Positions 51,303 to 61,769 of a stretch of DNA of 64,000 nucleotides are shown one piece after another (positions within the stretch are counted from its first letter, which is position 1; the number at the start of each line of letters is the position of its first letter). The stretch lies in assembly GCA_963749705.1 (NCBI GenBank), contig CAVVNQ010000015.1:288001-352000 (forward strand). Direction: 5' to 3'. Both the position numbers and the translations under genes were made by a program. The notes under the pieces were generated by a model. The model was not told the DNA's origin. It searched no databases and was given only the letters and a program-made list of their open reading frames with translations. This stretch comes from an uncultured Chloroflexia bacterium. Its GTDB lineage: Bacteria > Chloroflexota > Limnocylindria > Limnocylindrales > CSP1-4.

Positions 51303-54300
51303 ATGTTCCAACCCGTCTCCGCCAGACCCGACTTCGTGGCCCAGGAGCACGAGCTGCTCCGGGAATGGCGCGAGCGCCGCACGTTCGCCCGCCTGCGCGC
51401 CCAGAACGCAGGTGGCCCGCGGTGGAGCTTCCTCGACGGTCCGATCACGGCCAACAACCCGATGGGCGTGCATCACGCCTGGGGTCGTACCTATAAGGAC
51501 CTCTACCAGCGGTTCCACGCGATGCTCGGCGAGGACCAGCGCTACCAGAACGGGTTCGACTGCCAGGGGCTGTGGGTCGAGGTCAACGTCGAGCGTGACC
51601 TGGGGTTCACCTCCAAGCGCGACATCGAGCAGTTCGGGATCGCGGAGTTCGTCAGCCTGTGCAAGCAGCGGGTGCTGACGTTCGCCGCGCGCCAGACCGA
51701 GCAGAGCATCCGGCTCGGGTACTGGATGGACTGGAACGACCCACAGGAGCTGATCCGCCTGCGGGACATGCTCGCGACCGACCCGGCCCAGACGGCCACG
51801 ATCGAGGGACCGCGGGGTCCGGTCACCGACACCGTCGAGATGCTCGTCGGCCGGCTTGGCATGCCCGATGTCGGTGGCAGCTACTTCACGTTCAGCAACG
51901 AGAACAACGACCTGATCTGGGGGTTCCTCGCCGAGTGCCACCGGCGCGGCTGGATCTATCGCGGCCACGACACCATGCCCTGGTGCCCGCGCTGCGGGAC
52001 CGGGCTGTCGCAGATGGAGATGAACGAGGGCTACCAGGAGCGGGAGGACCCCGGCCTCACCGTCCGGCTCCCGCTGGTGGACCGGCCCGGCGAGTCGCTC
52101 CTCGTCTGGACGACCACGCCCTGGACCCTCGCCGCGAACGTGGCGGCCGCGGTCGGGCCCGATCTGCGCTACGTCCGGGTCAGGCAGGGCGACGAGCAGT
52201 TCTGGCTGGGCAAGGGGACGCTGCGGCAGGCGCTCCGGGGGCCGTTCGAGGTGCTCGAGGAGCGTCCCGGGTCGGACCTCTCGGGATGGCGGTACACCGG
52301 CCCGTATGACGAGCTGCCGGCGATCCGCGACGCCTTCGCCGAGGCGGGCTACGAGCACCGCGTGGTCGCCTGGGCGGACGTCGGCGAGGAGGAGGGGACC
52401 GGGATCGTCCACATCGCCCCCGGGTGCGGGGCGGAGGACTTCCAGTTGGGCACGTCGCTGGGCCTGCCGGTCGTGGGCCCGATCGACGAGGACGGCCGGT
52501 ACTACCCGGGGTTCGACTGGCTGTCGGGTCGCGAGGCGCCGGCCATCAGCGAGGCGATCATCGGCGACCTCGAGCAGCGACGGTTTTTCTACCACCTCGA
52601 GCCGTACGCCCACCGGTACCCGCACTGCTGGCGGTGCAGCACGCCGCTCCTGTTCCGGCTCGTCGACGAGTGGTACATCCGCATGGGCGAGGTCTACGAC
52701 CGCCCGCGCGACCAGCTCACGGCGGCCGAGGTCGACGCCAGCCTGCGCTACCAGATCATGGACGTCGTCGACCAGATCCGGTGGATCCCCGGGTTCGGCT
52801 ACGAGCGCGAGCTGGACTGGCTGCTCAACATGCGCGACTGGATGATCTCCAAGAAGCGCTACTACGGGCTCGCGCTGCCGATCTACGACTGCCGCGAGTG
52901 CGGCACGTTCGACGTCATCGGCGGGCGGGAGGAGCTCCGCGAGCGGGCCGTCGAGGGCTGGGCTGGCTTCGAGGGCCATACGCCGCATCGCCCGCACGTG
53001 GACGCGGTGAAGATCGCTTGTCCCAAGTGCGGTGCACCCGTGTCGCGGATCACGGACGTCGGGAACCCCTGGCTCGATGCCGGGATCGTGCCGTTCTCGA
53101 CGCTCCACTTCCGCGAGGACCCCGACTACTGGGCGCAGTGGTTCCCGGCCGACTTCGTGTCCGAGAGCTTCCCGGGCCAGTTCCGCAACTGGTTCTACGC
53201 GATGCTCGCGATGTCGACCGTGCTCCGCCGCGAGCCTCCATTCAAGACGATCTTCGGCTACGCCACGCTGTTCGGCGAAGACGGCCGGCCGATGCACAAG
53301 AGCTGGGGCAACTCGATCGAGTTCGATGAGGCTGCCGAGCGCATGGGCGTGGACGTGATGCGCTGGATGTACGCGTCGGCCCGCCCCGACGACAACATCC
53401 TGTTCGGCTGGCACGCGGCGGACGAGGCGCGTCGCGAGCTGCTGGTGTTGTGGAACGTGTACACGTTCTTCGTGACCTACGCGCGCCTCGCCGGCTGGAC
53501 GCCGCGGGCCGGGATCGACCAGGTGGTGAACGAGGCGGACGGCTGGCCGGTCCTCGACCGCTGGATCCTGTCGCGCTCGGCCGGTGTCTCGGCGGACGTC
53601 GGGGCCCGGCTCGCGGACTATGACGCGCTCGCGGCGACCCGGCTCATCGGCACCTACATCGACGACCTCTCGACGTGGTACCTGCGCCGGTCGCGCGACC
53701 GGATGCGGGCGGGCGCCGCGGCGACGGACCGCGAGGCCGCGTTCGCGACCCTTCACGCCGCCCTGGTCGTCCTGGCGAGGACGCTGGCCCCCATCCTTCC
53801 GTTCCTGTCCGAGTCGATGTACGGGAACCTGATCGGGTCTGTCATTCCGAGCCTGCCGGACAGCGTCCACCTGACGCGCTGGCCGGCGGACGACGTGGCG
53901 GCCTTCCGTGATCCGGCGCTGGAGCGAGCGATGGGCACCGCTCGTCATGCCGTCGACCTGGTGCGGACGCTGCGCGGGCAGGCCGGGCTCAAGGTGCGCC
54001 AGCCGCTGGCGCGCATGTGGCTGGCGCTCCCGGGTGGCGAGCTGCCCGAGCGCGATGCGCTGCTGGACCTGATCCGCGCCGAGGCGAATGTCAAGACCGT
54101 GGAGCTGATCGGGGATGAGTCGGAGCTGGTCGATCGAGGCGTCAGGGTCCTCCTCCCGAAGGTCGGCAAGCGCCTGGGATCGAAGATCCCCGCGGTGACG
54201 GCCGCCGCCCGCGACGGCGCGTTCGAGCTCCACGGAGATGGGTCGGTCACGCTCGCGGGCGAGACGCTGGCCGCCGACGAGGTCGAGGTCCTGGCCACGC

Positions 54301-54638
54301 CGCGCCCCGGGACCGCGGTCGCCCACGATGCCGGACTGGTGGTGGTCATCGACACCGGGCTCACGCCGGAGCTGCGGGCCGAGGGTGACGCGCGGGAGCT
54401 GCAGCGCGCGGTCCAGGACCTGCGCAAGGAAGCCGGCCTTGAGCTCGACGACCGGATCGAGCTGTGGATCGACGGCCTGGCTGCGGGCGTCGCGCCGTAT
54501 ATCGAGGTCGTGAGCGCCGAGACCCTCGCCGACGAGACCCGGCTGGGTCCGCCGCCGGGCGACGTTGCGACGGCCACCGTCAGCCTGGATTCGGGCAACG
54601 TGCGGATCGCGCTTCGCCGCACCGGAGGGGGCGCGTGA
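51303..54638 (+). CDS. ileS: Isoleucine--tRNA ligase, type 2, with GVHH/PMHKS signatures
   Basis: FLDGPITAN, WTTTPWTL, GTGIVHIAPG, type-2-like C-terminal ARELQRAVQDLRKEAG; followed by lspA. Confidence 0.96.
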   Translation: MFQPVSARPDFVAQEHELLREWRERRTFARLRAQNAGGPRWSFLDGPITANNPMGVHHAWGRTYKDLYQRFHAMLGEDQRYQNGFDCQGLWVEVNVERDLGFTSKRDIEQFGIAEFVSLCKQRVLTFAARQTEQSIRLGYWMDWNDPQELIRLRDMLATDPAQTATIEGPRGPVTDTVEMLVGRLGMPDVGGSYFTFSNENNDLIWGFLAECHRRGWIYRGHDTMPWCPRCGTGLSQMEMNEGYQEREDPGLTVRLPLVDRPGESLLVWTTTPWTLAANVAAAVGPDLRYVRVRQGDEQFWLGKGTLRQALRGPFEVLEERPGSDLSGWRYTGPYDELPAIRDAFAEAGYEHRVVAWADVGEEEGTGIVHIAPGCGAEDFQLGTSLGLPVVGPIDEDGRYYPGFDWLSGREAPAISEAIIGDLEQRRFFYHLEPYAHRYPHCWRCSTPLLFRLVDEWYIRMGEVYDRPRDQLTAAEVDASLRYQIMDVVDQIRWIPGFGYERELDWLLNMRDWMISKKRYYGLALPIYDCRECGTFDVIGGREELRERAVEGWAGFEGHTPHRPHVDAVKIACPKCGAPVSRITDVGNPWLDAGIVPFSTLHFREDPDYWAQWFPADFVSESFPGQFRNWFYAMLAMSTVLRREPPFKTIFGYATLFGEDGRPMHKSWGNSIEFDEAAERMGVDVMRWMYASARPDDNILFGWHAADEARRELLVLWNVYTFFVTYARLAGWTPRAGIDQVVNEADGWPVLDRWILSRSAGVSADVGARLADYDALAATRLIGTYIDDLSTWYLRRSRDRMRAGAAATDREAAFATLHAALVVLARTLAPILPFLSESMYGNLIGSVIPSLPDSVHLTRWPADDVAAFRDPALERAMGTARHAVDLVRTLRGQAGLKVRQPLARMWLALPGGELPERDALLDLIRAEANVKTVELIGDESELVDRGVRVLLPKVGKRLGSKIPAVTAAARDGAFELHGDGSVTLAGETLAADEVEVLATPRPGTAVAHDAGLVVVIDTGLTPELRAEGDARELQRAVQDLRKEAGLELDDRIELWIDGLAAGVAPYIEVVSAETLADETRLGPPPGDVATATVSLDSGNVRIALRRTGGGA

Positions 54639-54642
54639 TCCG

Positions 54643-55236
54643 ATGACCACGCCCGACATCGGCCGGTCCGCGTCCGGCGACGACATCGAGGACGGGCTCG
54701 AGGACGACACCGCCTCGGACACCACGGCGGCGACCGGGCATCCCTGGACTCACCCGTCGGCGGGCCGATGGCTGCTGTTTGCCGCGCTGGCTGCCGTGGT
54801 CGTGGTCGCGGACCAGCTGACCAAGGCGTGGGTGGCCGGGTCGCTGGCCCAGGGTGAAGGGTTCGAGGTGCTGGGCGACTGGGTCCGGATCATCCACTGG
54901 CGCAACTCCGGGATCCTGTTCGGGATGCTGCCGCAGTCCGCCGGCGCGTTCGCGGTCGCCTCGCTCGTCGTCGCCGGCCTGATCGTGGCCTACCACGCCC
55001 GGGCCGGGCGGGGGCTGGTCGTGACGATCGCGCTGGGTCTCCTGCTGGGCGGCGCGATCGGCAACCTGATCGACCGGGTGCACTATGGGTCGGTGATCGA
55101 CTTCGTGGACATGGGGATCGGCGCCTGGCGCTTCTACACCTACAACATCGCCGATGCCGCGATCTCGACCTCGATCGTGCTGCTGGTGGCGATGGCGGCA
55201 TTCCCGCGGATCGGCGAGTGGAGGCTCGATGCCTGA
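54643..55236 (+). CDS. lspA: Lipoprotein signal peptidase II
   Basis: DQLTK, NSG..FG, GGAIGNLIDR, VIDF, NIADAAI. Confidence 0.95.
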   Translation: MTTPDIGRSASGDDIEDGLEDDTASDTTAATGHPWTHPSAGRWLLFAALAAVVVVADQLTKAWVAGSLAQGEGFEVLGDWVRIIHWRNSGILFGMLPQSAGAFAVASLVVAGLIVAYHARAGRGLVVTIALGLLLGGAIGNLIDRVHYGSVIDFVDMGIGAWRFYTYNIADAAISTSIVLLVAMAAFPRIGEWRLDA

Positions 55237-56302
55237 CCTGCCCGAGACGGTCGAGGCGCTGCCCGATGACGAGGAGCTCGACGACCTCGACGACCTGGAC
55301 CCGGCCCTGCCGCCGGAGCAGGTGGCGCCGTCCATCCCGCCCGGACCGCGGCGCCTGCTCGTCCCGGAAGGCGAGATCGTGCGCCGGGTGGATCGCTTCG
55401 TCGCGGACCGGACCGGGCTGTCCCGGTCGTTCGTCCAGCGCCTGATCTCTGACGGCCGGCTGGTCGACGACGATGGCCGGCGGCTGCGCGCGAACTCGGA
55501 GGTGCGGGGTGGCGCGGTGACCCTGGAGGTCCCGCCGCCGGAGATCCCGTACCACCTGGAGCCGGACCCGACGATCGAGGTGCCGGTGGTGTACGAGGAC
55601 GATGACCTGCTGATCGTCGACAAGCCCAGCGGGCTGGTGGTCCACCCGGCGCCCGGACACTGGCGCGGCACCCTGGTCAATGCCCTGCTCGCCCGGGGAG
55701 ACCGGTACGGCGGCATCGCCGGGGTCGCCCGGCCGGGCATCGTGCACCGGCTGGACCGGGACACGTCCGGCCTGCTGATCGTGGCCAAGAACGACGCCGC
55801 CCAGTCATCGGTGATGGCCCAGCTCAAGGCCCGCCGGATACGCAAGACGTACCTCGCCCTGGTGCTCGGCTCGGTGGCGGCGGCCGTGGGCCGGATCGAG
55901 GCGCCCATCGGCCGGGATCCCAGGGACCGCAAGCGGATGGCCGTGGTGCCCAACGGCCGGCGCGCGGTCACCGGGTACCGGGTACGCGAGCGGTTCGCCG
56001 AATGGACGCTGCTGGAGCTGGACCTCGTCACCGGCCGCACCCACCAGATCCGGGTCCACCTGACCGCGCTCGGGCACCCCGTTGCGGGCGACCCGGTGTA
56101 CGGGACGGGCACCTCGCGCCGGGGTCCGGACGGGCTGGAGCGGCTGTTCCTCCACGCGTGGCGACTGGAGCTGGTCTCGCCCGCATCGGCGCGGCTGGTC
56201 CGGGCCGAGGCGCCGCTGCCCGCCGCGCTCGAGTCCGTGCTCGACGGGCTTCGCAGCGAGGAGCTGCCGCACGGCCGGCATGCGCCGGGAGGCGTGGCGT
56301 GA
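55229..56302 (+). CDS. rluD: RluA/RluD-family pseudouridine synthase
   Basis: DKPSGLVVHP, HRLDRDTSG, TGRTHQIRVH, GDPVYG. Confidence 0.93.
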   Translation: MPDLPETVEALPDDEELDDLDDLDPALPPEQVAPSIPPGPRRLLVPEGEIVRRVDRFVADRTGLSRSFVQRLISDGRLVDDDGRRLRANSEVRGGAVTLEVPPPEIPYHLEPDPTIEVPVVYEDDDLLIVDKPSGLVVHPAPGHWRGTLVNALLARGDRYGGIAGVARPGIVHRLDRDTSGLLIVAKNDAAQSSVMAQLKARRIRKTYLALVLGSVAAAVGRIEAPIGRDPRDRKRMAVVPNGRRAVTGYRVRERFAEWTLLELDLVTGRTHQIRVHLTALGHPVAGDPVYGTGTSRRGPDGLERLFLHAWRLELVSPASARLVRAEAPLPAALESVLDGLRSEELPHGRHAPGGVA

Positions 56303-56928
56303 CCGAGCCCGAGGTCCTGCTCGGTGCCCCCGGGGCGTTGCTGGTGATCATCAGCGGGCCCTCCGGGGTGGGCAAGGACACGATCATCGAGGCGCTGGCC
56401 AAGCGGCCACGGGACCCGGACTACCACTACGTCGTCACCTGCACGACGCGCCGGCCGCGACCCGGCGAGGTCCCCGGCGTGTCCTACCAGTTCCTCAGCC
56501 AGCAGCAGTTCCGGGCGCTGCGCGAGGCGGGTGAGCTGCTGGAGGCGAACCAGGTGCACGGCAACTGGTACGGCACGCCACGTCGCGAGGTGGCCCGGGC
56601 GCTCGCCGACGGGCACGACGTGATCCTCAAGATCGATGTCCAGGGCGCGCGCGTCGTCAAGGGCCGGGTCCCGGACGCGCTGCTCGTGTTCCTCGTGCCG
56701 CCCTCGCTGGAGGCGCTGTTCCAGCGACTGCGGTCCCGCGCGACCGAGACGGCCGACGAGCTCGAGATCCGCCAGCGGAACGCGGCGATCGAGCTGGCGC
56801 GGCAGGGCGACTACGACCGCGTGGTCGTCAACGAGACGGGCGAGGTGGACCGGACCGCCGCCGAGATCGAGGCGATCATCGAGCAGGAGAAGCGACGGAA
56901 CGGCGACCGGCAGATCCGGATCGCCTGA
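56299..56928 (+). CDS. gmk: Guanylate kinase
   Basis: SGPSGVGKDT, TTRRPRPGE, YGTP, IDVQGA. Confidence 0.97.
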   Translation: MTEPEVLLGAPGALLVIISGPSGVGKDTIIEALAKRPRDPDYHYVVTCTTRRPRPGEVPGVSYQFLSQQQFRALREAGELLEANQVHGNWYGTPRREVARALADGHDVILKIDVQGARVVKGRVPDALLVFLVPPSLEALFQRLRSRATETADELEIRQRNAAIELARQGDYDRVVVNETGEVDRTAAEIEAIIEQEKRRNGDRQIRIA

Positions 56929-56933
56929 CGCCG

Positions 56934-59585
56934 GTGCCACCCACCGTGCCCCCCGACGGGCTGCTCGACGGGCCGTTCGACCGGCACGCCGGGGCGACGC
57001 GCGACCCGCTCCCCGATGATCCGCGGCGGGACCTGGTCGAGGTCGCGGTCGACGCCCCGGCCGGGCCCGGGCCGCGAACGTACACGTACCTGGTGCCCGA
57101 GGGGCTCGGCGACCTGGCGGCGGGCGAGCCGGTGCTGGTGCCGTTCGGGCGCGGTGGCCGGCAGGCGATCGGGGTGGTCATCGGTCCCGGGGTGGCGCCG
57201 GCATCGGGCGAGCTGCGACCGATCGCGGCCCGCGTCCGGAGCGACGGACCGCTGCTGCCGCCGCTGGCGATGGCATTCGCGGGCGTGCTGGCGGATCTCT
57301 ACCTCGCGCCGCTGGCGATGGTCATCCGCGCGATGCTCCCGCCGGGCATGCTCGAGCGGCTCGAGCTCGTCGCGGAGGTGACCCCGGCGGGCGAGACCCG
57401 GCTCGGTGCGGAGTCCCCGGGGCTGGCCATCGCGGATGTGGACCTGCTCGACGAGCTGGCCGGCCGGTCGCGGCCCGTCCGCGAGCTGGCCACGCCCGAG
57501 GGCCGCGCCTCGCTCCTGCGCCGACTCCGGGCGCTGGCCGCTGACGGCCTGGTCGACCTCACCTGGACGCTCGTCGGCGCCGCGGTGGGGCCGCGGTTCG
57601 AGCGGCGGCTGTGGCTCACCCCCGCCGGCGTGGAGGCCGTGGCGACGCTGTGGACCGGCGGTCGGATCGCCGGCCGTCAGCTCGGGCCGCGCCAGCGAGC
57701 GGCGCTCGACGCCATCGCCGGAGCCCAGGCCGGCGGCCCACCGACCGACCGGGAGACGATCGACCCGCCGCCCGGATCCGGGGCCGTCGATCCGGCGGAC
57801 CCTCCCGCCGCATCCACCCTGCCGGCCACAGCCGACGACGGGCTGGCGGCGGCGCCGCTCGCGGAGCAGTTCGGCGCCGGCGCGCTGGCGGGGCTCGTCC
57901 GCCGGGGCCTGCTGCGGGCCGAGGTGCGCGAGCGTCCCCGGCGTCCGCTGGCCGGGCGTCCGCCGGGCCTCCGGGGCGCGCGACCGTCGGGCGCCGCGCT
58001 CACCCCGCCGCAGGCGGCTGCCGTCGAGCTGGTCCGGGCGGCGATCGACAGCCGGGACCCGATGCCGATCCTCCTCGACGGCGTCACCGGTGGCGGCAAG
58101 ACGGCGATCTACGTCGAGGGTCTGGTGGCGTGCCTGGCGGCCGGGCGGCGCGCGGTCGTGCTGGTCCCGGAGATCGCCCTCGCGACGCCGATCGTGGACC
58201 GCCTGCGGGCGGAGCTGCCGGTCCGGGTGGTCGTCCTCCATTCGGGTCTCGGGGAAGGGGAGCGCGCCGATGAATGGCGGCGAGTCCGTGCCGGCGACGC
58301 CGATATCGTGGTCGGCACCCGGACCGCCTTGCTGGCCCCGATCGATGACGTGGGCCTGATCGTCGTCGACGAGGAGCACGACGCCGGCTACAAGAGCGAC
58401 CGGACCCCGAGGTACCAGGCGCGCGACGCGGCGCTCGCCCTGGGCGTGCTCGCCGGCGCCGCCGTCGTGCTCGGCAGCGCGACCCCGTCGGTCGAGAGCG
58501 TCGGCCACGCCCGGGCGGGTCGGTACCGCCGCGTCGAGCTGCCGGCCCGCCCGACCGGGACGGCACCCCGGGTGACGGCCGTGGACCTGCGCGCCGAGCT
58601 CGCGGCGGGCAACCGCGGGCTGATCTCGCAGGCACTGGCCGATGCCCTCGCCGAGCTCGACCGGGACCGGGGCGATCGCGCCATCCTGGTCATCAACCGG
58701 CGGGGCACCGCGTCGGTGGTGATGTGCCGTGACTGCGGCCACGTCCAGGCGTGCCCCGACTGCGAGCGACCGCTCGTGTATCACCATGCGGGGACCACGC
58801 TTCGCTGCCACCACTGCGGCCGTGCGTGGCCACCCGCGGTGCGCTGCCCGGCCTGCAGGTCACCGCGGATCCGCTACCTGGGCGGCGGCACGGAGCGCGT
58901 CGAGCGCGAGGTTCGCGGACGGTTCCCTGACCTGCGCGTGGGTCGCCTGGACCGCGACGTCGTCGAGCGTCGGGGCGCGGCCGTGCGGGTGCTCGACGCA
59001 TTCACGGACGGCCGGCTCGACGTCCTCGTCGGCACCAGCCTGGTCACCAAGGGTCTCGACATCCCCGAGGTGACGCTGGTCGGCGTGGTGTCCGCGGACG
59101 TGGCCCTCAACCTGCCCGATGAGCGCGCCGCGGAGCGGACGTACCAGCTGCTCGCGCAGGCGGTGGGACGCGCGGGTCGCGGCGACCGACCGGGGATCGC
59201 GCTGATCCAGACCTACCGACCGGAGCACCGCGCGATCCGCGCCGTCGTCGACGATGACGCCACCGCCTTCTACGACGAGGAGCTGGCGATGCGGGAGCGG
59301 TTCGGGTCGCCGCCGTTCGGCCGCCTGATCAAGCTCAGCGTCGGGCTCGCGGACCGAGAGGCCGCCGAACGCGAGGCGGTGGCGATGGCCGGTCGTCTCC
59401 GGGAACGTGCCCGGGCGCTTGCGCTGCCCATCGAGGTCGTCGGCCCTGCGCCCGCGTACGTCGCCCGGCGCGCCGAGCGCTGGCGGTACAACGTCGTGCT
59501 CCGGGGCCCGGAGCCGGCGGCGCTGCTCGACCCGCCGCCCGGCGCGCCGTGGTCCATCGACGTCGATCCCGAGAGCCTGCTCTGA
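56934..59585 (+). CDS. priA: Primosomal protein N' (PriA)
   Basis: DGVTGGGKT, VPEIAL, DEEHD, four CxxC pairs, GRAGR, IDVDP. Confidence 0.96.
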   Translation: MPPTVPPDGLLDGPFDRHAGATRDPLPDDPRRDLVEVAVDAPAGPGPRTYTYLVPEGLGDLAAGEPVLVPFGRGGRQAIGVVIGPGVAPASGELRPIAARVRSDGPLLPPLAMAFAGVLADLYLAPLAMVIRAMLPPGMLERLELVAEVTPAGETRLGAESPGLAIADVDLLDELAGRSRPVRELATPEGRASLLRRLRALAADGLVDLTWTLVGAAVGPRFERRLWLTPAGVEAVATLWTGGRIAGRQLGPRQRAALDAIAGAQAGGPPTDRETIDPPPGSGAVDPADPPAASTLPATADDGLAAAPLAEQFGAGALAGLVRRGLLRAEVRERPRRPLAGRPPGLRGARPSGAALTPPQAAAVELVRAAIDSRDPMPILLDGVTGGGKTAIYVEGLVACLAAGRRAVVLVPEIALATPIVDRLRAELPVRVVVLHSGLGEGERADEWRRVRAGDADIVVGTRTALLAPIDDVGLIVVDEEHDAGYKSDRTPRYQARDAALALGVLAGAAVVLGSATPSVESVGHARAGRYRRVELPARPTGTAPRVTAVDLRAELAAGNRGLISQALADALAELDRDRGDRAILVINRRGTASVVMCRDCGHVQACPDCERPLVYHHAGTTLRCHHCGRAWPPAVRCPACRSPRIRYLGGGTERVEREVRGRFPDLRVGRLDRDVVERRGAAVRVLDAFTDGRLDVLVGTSLVTKGLDIPEVTLVGVVSADVALNLPDERAAERTYQLLAQAVGRAGRGDRPGIALIQTYRPEHRAIRAVVDDDATAFYDEELAMRERFGSPPFGRLIKLSVGLADREAAEREAVAMAGRLRERARALALPIEVVGPAPAYVARRAERWRYNVVLRGPEPAALLDPPPGAPWSIDVDPESLL

Positions 59586-59668
59586 CGGTTCGCGCGGATC
59601 GGGCGTCGGCCGGCGGGCGCGGCTGTGGCCGGCGGCCGCGGATCGGTGGCCGGTCGTGGCTCGCCGTC

Positions 59669-59705
59669 GCAAGGGATGGCAATGAGACGGCAACGAGACG
59701 GCAAT
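59669..59705 (+). promoter_or_regulatory. 11-bp-phased direct repeats upstream of the 59782 ORF (candidate regulator site)
   Basis: GGCAATGAGAC-GGCAACGAGAC-GGCAAT; GCAA at 59669, 59679, 59690, 59701. Confidence 0.55.
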
Positions 59706-59781
59706 TGGCAGGGCTCGACCGTCGGGCGACAATGGGGGAGTACCGATTGACCTTTGCAGGTGAAAGCAAGGAGGCGCTCGA

Positions 59782-60207
59782 ATGACTGACGAGCAGGATT
59801 CGGGGACCACACCGCCCGAGGATGCGGGAGCCCTGTTGGATGAGCCGATCCCCGATGCCGGCGGGGATGCCGGGAGCGATGGCGCGACGACCGGGGCGCG
59901 AGCGCGGGAATGGCTGACCCAGCTCGAGACGATGATCCAGGACGTCGCGACCCAGGCCGCGCCCGTCGCGCGCCAGATCGGCGCCAAGGCGGCGGAGCTG
60001 ACGGCCGTCGCGGCGACCAAGGCCGGACCGCTCGCGCACCGTGCCGCGGAGGTCACCACGGACGTCGGGCAGCGGGTGGCGGGCCGCGCGCAGTCCGTCG
60101 CCGCGGACCTGCGCAGCGACGCCGCGTCGCCGGACGGAGACGGCGCCCCTGACGCGGCGGCGGCCGATCCGGCGTCGGAGGAGCCCCCGCAGGCACCCTC
60201 CGCCTGA
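59782..60207 (+). CDS. Hypothetical helical protein with acidic termini
   Basis: AAGGAGG RBS before ATG; Ala-rich amphipathic core. Confidence 0.75.
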   Translation: MTDEQDSGTTPPEDAGALLDEPIPDAGGDAGSDGATTGARAREWLTQLETMIQDVATQAAPVARQIGAKAAELTAVAATKAGPLAHRAAEVTTDVGQRVAGRAQSVAADLRSDAASPDGDGAPDAAAADPASEEPPQAPSA

Positions 60208-60274
60208 TCCCGGATGCACATCGGCCGTCCGGTTCCGCGAGGGACCGGGCGGCCGTTCCGTATACTCTGCCGCC

Positions 60275-60793
60275 ATGAGCGTTCGACCCATCGTCCTCCT
60301 CGGCGATCCTCGCCTCCGGCTGCGCGGCGAGACCGTCGACAGCTTCGGCAAGTACCTGCACGAGCTGCTCGACGACCTGGCCGCCACGATGCGCGCCGCA
60401 CCGGGCGTCGGGCTCGCGGCGCCGCAGCTCGGGGAGCCGGTCCGGGCGTGCGTGATCGAGGTCGAGAGCAGGCTCCACGAGCTCGTCAACCCCAGGATCG
60501 TGCGCAGCGACGGTGACGACCGCGACCTCGAAGGCTGCCTGTCGATCCCGGGCTACGTGGCGTACGTCACGCGGCGCGAGAAGGTCTGGGTCGTGGCCCA
60601 GAACCGCCTCGGCCGGAAGATCAAGGTCTCGGGCTCCGGCCTCCTCGGCCGCGCGCTCCAGCATGAGCTGGATCACCTCGACGGCAAGCTGTACATCGAC
60701 TACCTCGAGTCGATGGACGAGCTGATCGCCGTTGGCCAGGGAGACGAGGACGAGGACTCGGAGATCCGCGAGGCCACGAGCGCGCTCGCGTGA
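60275..60793 (+). CDS. def: Peptide deformylase
   Basis: GVGLAAPQ, EGCLS, QHELDH. Confidence 0.97.
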   Translation: MSVRPIVLLGDPRLRLRGETVDSFGKYLHELLDDLAATMRAAPGVGLAAPQLGEPVRACVIEVESRLHELVNPRIVRSDGDDRDLEGCLSIPGYVAYVTRREKVWVVAQNRLGRKIKVSGSGLLGRALQHELDHLDGKLYIDYLESMDELIAVGQGDEDEDSEIREATSALA

Positions 60794-61726
60794 CCGGCCG
60801 GCCGGCCGGCGAGGCACGCGCCCGGACGGTCTTCCTCGGCACCGGCGAGTTCGCCGTCCCGACCCTGCGCCGGCTCCAGGCGCACCCGGCCGTCGCGCTC
60901 GTCGGCGTCGTCACCGCCCCGGCGCGGCCCGCAGGCCGGCGCCAGCAGCCGGAGCCGTCGCCGGTCCTGCGCGCGGCAGCCGGCCCGGTCCTGGCTCCCG
61001 AGCGACTCCGCGACGCGGACGCCGTTGCGGCCATCCTCGAGCTCGAGCCGGCGCTCGTCGTCCTCGCCGATTACGGCCAGATCGTGCCGGCGAGCGCTGC
61101 TCGACCTGCCGCACGGCGCGCTCAACCTCCACCCGTCGCTGCTGCCGCGGCACCGCGGCGCATCGCCGATCCCGGCCACGATCCTCGCCGGCGACCGGGC
61201 GACCGGGGTGACGCTGATGCGGATGGACCGCGGCCTCGACACCGGGCCCATCGTGGCCGTGGAGCGGATCCCGCTCGATGGTACGGAGACGGCGCCCGCG
61301 CTCGAGCGGCGGCTGGCAGAGCTCGCCGCCGACCTGCTCGACCGGTCGCTCGGGCCGTGGCTGCGCGGGGAGCTGCCCGCGACCCCCCAGCCGGACGCGG
61401 GTGCAACCCTCACCCGGCCGCTGCGAAGGGAGGACGGACGCCTCGATCCGTCGCGCCCGGCGGCGGAGCTGGAACGCTCCGTCCGGGCGTATGCGCCCTG
61501 GCCCGGGACGTTCCTCGACGCGGGTGGGGAGCGGCTCGCGGTGGGTCGCGCCTCCGTCGCGCCGTCGGCGCCGGGCGACGAGCCGGGGCATCTCGTGCGG
61601 CACGACGCGCGACCCGCGCTGACCACGAGCGACGGCCGCCTCGTGCTGGACCTGGTGACCCCGCCCGGACGGCGGGCGATGCCCTCGGCCGACTGGCTGC
61701 GCGGCCGCCGCGCGCCGCTGCCCTGA
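60790..61726 (+). CDS. fmt: Methionyl-tRNA formyltransferase, one +1 frameshift near 61093
   Basis: FLGTGEFA..YGQIVP in the first frame; NLHPSLLPRHRGASP and LDTG in the second. Confidence 0.93.
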
Positions 61727-61769
61727 CCCGGCCGGCGGGAGCGGGCGGCACGCATGGCATGATTCCCCC

